Part shown: positions 9,896-21,200 of the stretch, one piece after another | Layout: each line of letters opens with the position of its first letter | How positions within the stretch are numbered: position 1 is the stretch's first letter | Assembly: GCA_051362555.1 (NCBI GenBank) | Contig: CM120640.1 | Span: 68,302,788-68,366,787 of the forward strand | DNA length: 64,000 nucleotides | Direction of reading: 5' to 3' | Source of the DNA: Lingula anatina | Taxonomy: Eukaryota; Animalia; Brachiopoda | Notes under the pieces: model-generated | What the model saw: the letters and a program-made list of their open reading frames with translations, nothing else | Database searches by the model: none | Told to the model about the DNA's origin: nothing | Position numbers and translations under genes: made by a program

Positions 9896-11453
9896 GGCTC
9901 AAAGAATGGTGAATTTTCATATGTTTCATAAACACAACTTTTGCTTCAAGTATGATAGCTTATTTGCAAGTTAAAGAAAACCAGATGCATTTGCTTTATA
10001 ACTTGGGGCATTACTATGGCCAACTGGTACAAGCAGTTTTGTGCATTACACCCGACAGTTTGTTCGGCTGATCCAAATTATTTGTCATGATCATTCCAAT
10101 TTATTGTACCCAAGCAACATCTATTAATCTTTGTGTGCACTTATTTGGTGCCACAGGTGGTTTTATCTGACATGAAAGCCATAAAGTCATGTATGCTTTG
10201 TAGGTCTTTGTCTAGAAGTGGTCATTGCAATACTAAGCCTTGAAATATAACATCTGAAAAACATATGTTTACGGAGAAGCCCATATCCAAGTTTTTATAT
10301 ATCATGTCAAACTGATCAACCTTATGCTGTTCAAAGTTAAAAGCTGGTCATATCCATCACACTTCAAATTATCTGAGGCAAGGTTGAAGTTAAAACCTAT
10401 GGCTTGCAAAATCTAGCTATCATACTTTCACAATTAAGTTAGGGCTCTCTAAAATCTATAAGAAAACTCATCATATCTTCAAGTACCTGTCAAACATAAG
10501 CTACATACATGGCCAAATAGTAGCATGTTTTGTTTGGTCATCATAGGTAACACACATTTTCATATCTGGAAAAGTCTATAGGGAAGGATAGCAACTTTCA
10601 AGAAAACAACATGTAAATGTGTGCCTTCAAATGTGTATAAAAGATTAAGTAAAACTTGCCAATTAAAAAGCACATGCACACAGTTAAGCATTAACGCTTA
10701 CAAAAGCTAAAGAAAAAGACCATGATATCTAATAAAATTTGTGCCTTGACAGCCTTACACTGAGGCAGTGGGAATGGCAAGCTGTGAATAAATACTTCAG
10801 TAAACAGGTGTTTAATAACTCACTCTAAAATAACAATTGATTCCCCAAATTTCTCTTCTGCTCAGTAAGTATCATAATATCAGTATACTCATGTAACATG
10901 ATTGTGGGTAGTCTCAGTCTAATTGCAAACACAAGCATCTTTCTGAAACGTCAAATCCTATCTTTAGAGGTCCAACATACAAAATTTCAACCAAATAACT
11001 AAATGATGTATTTATCTATACTCACACCATTTAGTACCTTCCCATATAACATTGCTTCAGATGAGCTTGTATAACTCTGAGACTCCTGATCTATTACCAA
11101 AAATAACCAAAATTGATGTTTTGCATTTGAACCAATAACTGTATTATAATACTGGAACCTAGGGTTTTGCTGAATCAATACGTTCTTGTATATTCAGACA
11201 CTGCATAGATTCATTACAGGACATACAAGAGAATATTGCACTGGATGGAGAAGATGTGAATAACAACTATGGCACTACTATGGCAACCAATCCCAGTAGA
11301 GAAACTAAAGCACTTCAGGTATGCTACACATTGCTGACAGTAACAGGTCACTTGAGCCACAGATCTGAGGAATACACCATGCTGCCTTCATGAAAGGAGA
11401 CATACTCCATCACATTTGTAAGCACCATTCTTGTGCTACGGACATTGACTCCA

Positions 11454-11842
11454 TCATCCATAGTAGTTGTTCAGACTACGTTCCCCTGGCTCGTCATCTC
11501 CTCGTAACGTGTTCCTCCCATGGAATCGCACAGGCCCTGGATCTAGGCCAACATCAAAATTGTCATAATTGCTATAGAGGTCGAAGTTGAGATCTCTACT
11601 AGGGGTAAGTCTATGATTTGCCACTGGTTCAGAAATGTCTAGTTTTACTCTTTTGTGTTTTCTATGTACGTAAGACAGTCTAACAATGATTGCAAGTAAA
11701 ACTAAAATGAGTCCTATGCAGAGGCTCACGACTAGATAAAGGATAAGTTTTTCTTGATTACCTGTAAAGAAAAAAGTCAACAGATTAAATACAGCATTTG
11801 ATGTTCAGTGTGATTCAAACTGTAAGAATGCACGCGCACGCA

Positions 11843-11874
<32 letters not shown>

Positions 11875-14800
11875 ACTGTTATTATTAAAATAACCGTAAT
11901 CTAGATTTTAATTTTGTCAAGAAAATTGCTAAGAAGCAATATATCTCCATTTTATTTAAAATTTCAAACTAATTTAAATTAATCTTACAAATACCAGACT
12001 GTCAAAACAAAGGTGAAATAACCTGCACATTCAATCTGTTATAAAAGTATTTATATTCACAGCATGTTTTAACCACCTTTTACCCATACTTACTATCTAA
12101 ATACTGTTTAGTGTTGATCCAGTCAACAACAAATCCTATATGATCTCGGTCTCCTCTTGTTTTACTTTCTGCTATATGTATCCCCTCTGTGTAGTTGATA
12201 CAGATGGTAAAGGTGGACATGTTTGGACTACTGGTGGTGGCAGGTTCACTGGCTTTAGGTGCGGCTGAAAGCAAAAACAATATATATGTGAGATGAAGTG
12301 TAAACAAAATAGCATGAAGATTTTTAAAAACTTATATTAAGAATTTTATTAGCAATAGCTCACAATTCATATTCAATATTGAGGCAAGAACCAAAAATAA
12401 TTAAATTTTTGAAGCTAAATTCATCAAATCGATATAATAACACAGATCAAAACATTACATGAAACTGACCCATTCAACATTATTTTTAATGTTTTATATT
12501 AAAGGACAACAAGAGATTGCCACTGAGCAGTATAACCTCTCTCAGGTTATGGATTCTCACATACCAACCTTTTTCCCTGGATGGAGATTCAGTGAACAGC
12601 ACATGTTGAAATTTTGTATTGACATATGCTGGTAGTTTATCTGCACTTCCACTCGGTGACTTTCCATTATTTAAGTCATAACCAGAATTATGTCTTCCTC
12701 TCTGCTCATTCTCATTATTTTCCCCGCTCAACTCAGGCCCTGAATTCCCCCCTCCTTCGTAGAAATAGTCTTCGTCCCTGGGATTTGAAGTGGGGTCCAC
12801 AGGGTGTGATGAGTCTGGAGACCTTCCTCTTCCATTATTTTTTCCTCCTCTTCCTCCATGATTGTCATGTCTGATCTTTGTTGTTGGGATGGTTGTACTG
12901 GTGACAGTTGTAGATGGCGTTGTAAACAGGGATTCAATATTAAATCCCTTCTTCATGACTCTCTTTGGAACTGAAGCAAACAGCACACAAATTATACAAT
13001 GATGTATGACATTTTATATCTTAAAATAAAAAGATGGACAAAATGCATAAAATGCATGGAATGTTGAGGTATGCTACTTAACAGACATGATTTCAGGTTT
13101 AAAGAAAAAGTTAAGAAGAAATATTATGGTGGCCTTAAAGCTAGGGGTCTAAGAGCTGTTCACAGGAACACTGCCTTGGAAAATAGGATTTCCTACTTAA
13201 ACTGCAAACAAGGCAGCAAAGCTGTCAAATGTACAGACAAAGAACAGAAAATAAAGATGCAAATAAGTGAAAAATTAAATTTTCACAAAAAACTGTTAAA
13301 TTGCCAGAAAAATTTACCAAACAGACTGCATTGCCTATTAAAGCTGTATTTTAGTGCCATGTTTCTTTCCTATAAGTTTGAGAACAGTAAGTGACATGAT
13401 TTCCCTTAAATGGTCATCATAGGAGCAGTGCCCAAAATAGGGGTTTCTTCAAATTTTGATACAACATTAAATAATGTTTAACAGCATAATGACAATCAAA
13501 TGTTATTAATAAAATATTAGTAACATGGACATTCAGAAAATGTGACAAGCAAAAGTCTTCAAGATCATGGAACTTTAAAGTCACACCATGAAAATGCCAA
13601 TATGTGAAAAATTAAATTTTCACAAAAAACTGTTTAACTGCCAAAAAAAAAAAAAATAAATAAAAATAAAAAAAATTAAAAAAAAATACCAAACAGACTG
13701 CATTGCCTACTGAAGCTGTATTTTAGTCCCATGTTTCTTTCCTGTAAGTTTGAGAACAGTAAGTGACATGATTTTCCTTAAATGGTCATCATGGAAGCAG
13801 TGCCCAAAATAGGGGTTTCTTCAAATTTTGATGCAATATTACATAATGTTTAACAGCTTAATGACCATCAATTTTTAATAATAAAATATTTGTATCACAG
13901 ATATTCAGAAAATGTGACTAGCAAAGGTCTTCAGGCCCATGGAACTTCAAAGTCACGCCTTGAAAATGCCAAAATGTAAACAAGACAGCACTGTTCTGAA
14001 ATGGGTTTATTTCCATTTTTAACACTTTTTTAACATAAAACAAAATAAACATTTTACTGCCATTTTTATATGACCAACTAAAAAAATTGATGAGATGGGA
14101 AAAGTATCAATAGAACAGTGTTAAATGTCCAATATCCTCCATTCTGAGATTCTGAACATAGTGGATGATTGAATCTGACAAACTGCAATGATATTAGTTT
14201 ATTTCCATTTTTGACACTTTATTACACAATACATGATAACAAGTTTACCATGTTTTTTACATAATCAACTAACAATGTTGTAAAGATGCAGGAAATATCA
14301 AACAAACACTTTTAGGCATCTTATTAGTTAAATAATGAGACTGTTAACATGCTTAAGAATTGAATCTGAGGAAATGTGAAAAAAACAGTATAACTTCTAA
14401 AATAATGGCCCGATTATGCTGATTTTCGAACTCAACCTGCGTTTTAGTAAGATTGACCACTCCTGTGAGTATAATTACAATTGGCCAATCCGTTTTTCTT
14501 ATATTGTGTTATCAGTGTTGCATTTATATTGAAAATAGTGAAAAAACAGCATAAATTCCCTCAAAATAGCCCAATCATGCTGATTTTTGAACTTGACCTG
14601 CGTATTATGAATATTCATCAGTTCTGTAAGTTTCAAGTCAAAAGGTAAAATGGTTTTCCACTTATCGTGTTATCGGTGCTGCATATATGCTGAAAAAAGT
14701 GAAAAAACTGCATAAATTCCCTAAAAGTGACCCGATCATGCTGATTTTCGAACTTGACCTGCGTATTATGAATATTCATCAGTTCTGTAAGTTTCAAGTC

Positions 14801-17800
14801 AAAAGGTAAAATGGTTTTCCACTTATCGTGTTATCGGTGCTGCATATATGCTGAAAAAAGTGAAAAAACTGCATAAATTCCCTAAAAGTGACCCGATCAT
14901 GCTGATTTTCGAACTTGACCTGCATATTATGAATATTCATCAGTTCTGCAAGTTTCAAGTCAAAAGGTAAAATGGTTTTCCACTTATCGTGTTATCGGTA
15001 AAAGTGCACGGCGACGGCGACGACGGCGACGACAGACGCAGATGATGGCTATATGTACAGACACATCTGTGTCTGTACATAAAAAATTATACCTCAACTT
15101 TTAATGTATCTTTTTTACATCCATGTTAAAGTAAACATGATTGATGTTTTTTACATCTTTGAATACTGCATACTCATATACCACTTGTCTCATGTCATTT
15201 GTATTTTTTTCATAGGCAGATAAATTAAGCATGATTTACTCTTTTTAAATGTAAGTTAACTGTGCTGTAGGGCAGTGGCTCAAGAAGTGAAAGTCCTGCT
15301 TACTACATGTGTAAACAACAATCAGGTATTTATATGTCCCTGGTGAGCACGGTTCTCCAAAGTTACGAGTGTTTGCAGTCATGGCACAATGGCGACGCCC
15401 ATGGCACCTTTTCACAACCTGATCTAAGGCAGCTTCTGATTGGCATTCTGGAAAAACAAAGCAGAAATTTGAGATAAAGCTCTACTGTTCTTTAATTTCG
15501 GTCCAAATCCATTTGACATTTTTTACATTCCTAGCTGTTATCTGATACATTATTTTAGCAATAGTTAATATGAAAGCAATATTATCATTCTACTTTGGCT
15601 TCACTAAAAACCATATCAATGAAATTAAGTTCAGAAATCAGTATACCTTCAGCAATTAATTGATGCAGAGGCTAGCTACTTCTTCATCTTAAGTTACACA
15701 CAACCCAGAACATAAAACATCAGTACACAAAATGTTTTTTTTTTCTTTTTCTTTTTTTTTTTTGACTAGACTTCCAGCTGTGGCAGTGCATAATCATTAG
15801 TCTCCCTCAGTTGATATGGCTTCTGTGCCTGTGTTTTACACAGGCATCCAGACAGGTGAGATATTGTGCTAACATCAATCATGTTTACTTTAACACGGAG
15901 CACACCTGGTCGCTATATATTATAACGCAAACTGCTTTTATTTACTGTGGGATATTCTTTATTTACTGGCAATAATGTCTTTTTTTAGTGTACATAATGA
16001 TGTATGTGTTTTGGCAAATTTCTGTAGTAACATTTTTAATATTTCAAATACTTGCTGTCACATCAGTTTAGAGGCATGGAATAAATGGAGTAGATGAGGC
16101 TTTCCTTGCAATGCCCTCAAGGTTTTTGAACTAACAGACCAAGTCAAGCATCATCTTTTTAAACAGTGTGGATGAAATGTTGCACATTTCTTCACCAAAT
16201 AAAGAGAATGCAAGGGTTTCAGATAATTATAAATTTCAAGAAAAATTTAGCAAACCATATTTCTCCTTAAAATTTTATTGCATATATCACTCTTGCAATG
16301 GCACTGAACGCATTTATAAATATTTAATTTTTTCTACTTAATTCTGTGGGATTTACCCTTAAAACTAAATTTCTTCACTTGCTCATGACACTGTGCTTGA
16401 TTTCATCTGGGCATGATCAGCTTACAGGGTTCCAACAATCAGGTCCCTTATGAATGTTACAAGACACTGCCTCTCCCCCTTTTCCTTCTGATGAATGCTA
16501 CAATTGTGCCGAGATCTGTTTGCACAATGTGAAATCCTATCCCAACCAATGTAGCAGACCAGAAAATTACAAGATAGGAACTAAATTAAGATCTTTGAGT
16601 ATGGAATTAAAAAGGCTCTGCAGCTGCATATAAAGTGCATAAAATCACTTCAATTGCTTTGTAATGATAAAATGGAAATCAAGTTTGGGCTCTTCAAATA
16701 ACACAAAGAACGTCAATTAAGAAAATGATTCATTACAAAAAATGTATAAAATAACCTGAACATGTACCTTTTCAGCTGATATTTTATCAAAACGTTTAAA
16801 ATCTAAATATGTCAAAATATGGCACAAGTTAAAACCATACTTTAAAATGCCAGCATATATGCTTATTCTGAAGTGTGAAAAATAAAAAAAGACGTGAACC
16901 TTCCCCACCATGCAACAGGACTTTACCAGCAATTCTAAGTATCAAAGTAGTGATATTTTTAGAGGACTTAACATTCCAATGATCATGTTAAAAATACTCT
17001 TGTTTCTAAGCAGTGTCTAGAGCATTTTTCTTATCGAGCTACACATGTAAACAATACAGTCTGTACCGGTACACTCTGGGAGAGCCTAACTGTAATTACA
17101 CTAAATGGAATTTTATTCCGTTTCACCCGTTCTCCACAAGTGCCCTTCCTAATGTTCAGTTCAGTTCAGTTACCTGGTTGGCAAATATTATACCCAGTTC
17201 AGAGGTTCCATTGGTGGACCTCATCAGTAATAGCCCTGCTACTGAGCAGCCAATGTCTCAAAGTGTATGGTATAACCTTATTGCTAGAGTACACCACTCA
17301 GTGTGACAAGGCTTTAATAAGTTTTACCTGTGTCTCCAATCCCAGTGCTGGGGCACTCAGAGTGACCCTGGGAAAACCTCCCAAACATTGCTTTATAAAC
17401 AAATATCCTGGTGGACTTCTGGCACCTGAGATGCATTTGTTGATTTTCACAAGCAACTTTGCTACGAAACTCCTCTGAAAAATATGATTTTATTTTCAAA
17501 TATATAGTCCAATCTGAACAGAGTTTTATGCATATGCATGCACTTTATGGATTGGGTATAACATGAAAAAAATTTTGCACATTTTTCATGGGTAATAATT
17601 CTATAGTTAAGAAACACTTTGCAAATCATTGCCTTCTGATTCAATTTAATCTGTGTAGAACAAGGGAACATTGCCTCAAATCAATTAAAGAAAATCTCAC
17701 AGGAATACAAAATGTTGTTTTTGACAGGAGAGTAACTAAGTGACTCAGTAATTGGAACTGATTTCTTAACATTTATTGACACATTCACATTGCATTAATT

Positions 17801-18156
17801 GAAATTTCCTGAGGGGTTACACTGTAATCATACTGGGGTGAGCAATAAATACATATCATTAATCACAACTGCTTATTTTTACAAACAAGATGTCTAATTC
17901 AAGAGTGAGCAGATTTAAACTAAAGATTAAAACCCCGAACTGTGCTTTTTTAAGTAGATTCAATTTTTTTCTTACAGTTGACTTACTAGGAACACACTTG
18001 TAAGCCACTTCCAAGTATTTGCTGGTGCCGGGACAGGGGTCCTTTCCAAATGTGGTGGTAGTGGCATGGAGAAAACAGTGGCGTTTGTTTTCACAGACAT
18101 CTAATAGCACCTGCAACATAACAACAGTAATCATAAGTTATACGTTGATGAATATG

Positions 18157-18250
<94 letters not shown>

Positions 18251-21200
18251 TTTAATACATTTTCATCTATCCATGTAGATACACACGTTACAATGAATAA
18301 AGCATATACATATTTATACCTGATCATTCTATTGTTTTAGACCAAGATGCCTTGTCCATACTGTGGAATGAAAAGCTGATCTAATTTGAATTCACTTCAT
18401 TTGAAAGAAAAGTATTAATCAGTTTTTTCTATGGGTTTCAATTATTTCATTTTCCCAAAGGCAGTAATTAGATGGCAGTTGACATTTAGGTGTACATAAA
18501 TCCTAAGGTTTCAGAAGTATACTCAAAATAACAGTGTAACCATGGAATGAAAAAAAAAAACAAGGAGTTAAACTAATTACACAGTGGGGACGCCCTACCA
18601 CCTGGTAACCAAAAAGTCACTTGCACTGAATCACAGTATTGTATTCTAAATAAGAAGTGAGCAATGTGCAACTGGCACACAATGTGATAGTGATGTAGGT
18701 TGGAACAATGTGAAGTGACATGCTGTGACCCAAAGCATCAAAAACAATAAGCACTGTGTTGGAAACTTAACAACATTTATACCCAAGTCCTCACATGATA
18801 GTCCCCAATTTATAATCAAATTTCCTGGGTCTAAAAACCCTTTACTAAACTTTAAGATGCTTAATCTTTTTATCACAGAGATATTAAAAGATTTGCCCTC
18901 AAAATCCCTGCCATAACATATTTATCAGATATGTTTAGTTCATAAAATAAACTGACTTCCACCACCACTGTTTAAACAACTATTTCCTTTGACTTGGATC
19001 TCAGGATATCCTCATCCAATGAATCAACAGTTAAAACTTGTTATTGGACTGAAACTAGCAGCATTTTTAATCAGATCAAAACTGGAAGAAATGAGTCACC
19101 AGCGTTCTACTGCCGTTCATCTTGAAAAACACAGAAAATAAAACAAACCATTCGTTCATGCCTCTTGCCTGCAGACAAATTGTCAATTTTTTCAAAGAAT
19201 TGTTTTAAATATCAGGTGTGCCTCCCAATGGCAAGCTGTTTGCATACACTGCAACCTAATACAACTGCAGGGGTTAGTGGGTGTAGATTGCCAGGCCTCT
19301 TGTCAAGTGCACCAAAAAGTATATACAAAAAATTCAGCCAGATCTGATTCTAACAAAAACAAGCACACACTGCAGGCGGTTTTATCAAACATGAGGTAAT
19401 ATAGTCAACAAAATTAACTGGAATAAATTGCCTTCCAACATCACTGTAGCACCATGGTTGCAAAAGTAAGATAGACTTTGAAATGTTATCAAGGAGCAGT
19501 GACCAAATGTACATGTATTCAATATTTGCCAGCTTTTTCCACAGATATACACATCTTATTTCATAGTTTACGTAATCTTAGAACCACTTCAACATATATG
19601 ATCTGTACACAACAGATAAGGAGACACTGATGGTCTATTTTTATCTAGCTGTCCTCTCAAATAACTTGATTTATCTTAAATTAACTGCAAGCTGTTCCAA
19701 GCTGTTCACAGCTGCAGTTAAAAAGTGAGTGAGAAGAAACTGTGGGATATTAAGCTAGAATAAAAAAGGTTTTATGCAAACTAAAAAACTGACTTTTGAC
19801 AATAAATGCATTATAAAAACAGAAAGGATAAAAAAATACTGAAAAATCATTCTATATTTGGAAATTTTCAACTTATGATAACTATCATGACAACTTCATC
19901 CTCCTTACTCAACACCTCTTATTACAGCTGGTTTCTGTCCATCAAATGGTTAAACATTTACTTTCCCTTCATTCACCTGACAAATCAAAGCTCTCTTTCT
20001 CTGGCTGATTTCCTCAACTATCTGGAGCCAGCTGTTTTAATTAGAAATTCAAAAGGGGGCAGTTTTTCATCAGTTAATGATCTTGGTTTTTAGGTACTTG
20101 ACCTTAGGTGGACTTTGTTCATTTCAATCTTTTTTTGTACTTTGGTCAATCCTTTTCACTATTCAAACCTATAATTCTTTTTCACAGGTGTGAATCCCTC
20201 CCTCTTTGCCTTTATAAGGGTAATGTGGTCTAAGAAAGGTGTGTGAAGATCCCTCACTTATCCAGATCATAGCATACAGCCTGTCAGTCCATGTCAAGGG
20301 TTAATAAGAAGCCGGTGGTTTCCTGTCATTCATGTGAAAGAAGAGCTGGACCACACTACCCTGGTTAACATTCAAAGCTGACCACATATTTGACCTCACA
20401 ATGAGCTGGCCATTTAAAAGGTCAGGATGTCTGGCCTCCTTACCTGACTTCACAGACCATTAGGAACCAAGAATTTAAATCTTATTTACTCAGTCTTAGT
20501 ACTACCAACTATGTGAAAGACCTCGTTATTTTTTTTTTAATCTGAAAACTGCCAATTCACTACATCTGGTCCTTAGAAATCCATTAATCTACAAAATTAA
20601 GATAAATTTTCTGACTAGTTACATTTGCGCTGTTGACATTTATGCAGTCTTAAAATTGACTAAAAAATTTAAAATAATGGATTTTGTCAATTTTGGAATA
20701 AACCAGCTCTTTTAGGTGACAAACCTTCACATCATAAAATCCCTGAGATTTCAAAAGGGAGGGGAAGTTCAACTTCATTTCAAAGTTCTTTATCTGCTCT
20801 GTTTCTCAGGCAATGTTGATTGATTTTATCAAGATGACAGAAAATATTTGGTGCACATTAGGGAAAATTAGTTCCTTTCCTGTCAAGCCTGTGTTAATGT
20901 GGGTAAATCAGCTTTTCACCAATATGTTAACACACAGTCACACAGTAACTGACCACACTGACCACAGGTATAAAGTTATCAGTGGGAACCAGTGACCAGC
21001 TGGACCTAGCACATGAATGAGCAAGATTTAATATATAAGAGTAACTAAAGGTCGCATGCAGCATTTCAATGAAAAAGCACTTTAGATTAATATGATTATG
21101 AATTACGTATATCTAGACAGGAGCATTAGTCCTTTCATTTGAATGTGTCTTTACTAATGGACATCATCAGGGATTACATAAAGTCCTGTGAATTAGGGTA

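Larger units (their letters stand above)
13206..15086 (+). mobile_element. Helentron/HINE-like (DINE-1/pearl-type) non-autonomous element, about 1.9 kb, with internal tandem arrays, in EVA1 intron 5
   Basis: Starts AAACAAGGCAGCAAAGCTGTC then sub-terminal ATGTACAGACA (13229-13239); ends with a (GACGGC/GAC)n microsatellite, a 14-bp perfect hairpin TATGTACAGACACA-TC-TGTGTCTGTACATA (15052-15081) and an A-run. Confidence 0.8.

Noticed and set aside
13071-13394. 107-aa Lys-rich ORF
   Set aside because: Runs into the Helentron-like element, antisense within an EVA1 intron; no domain.
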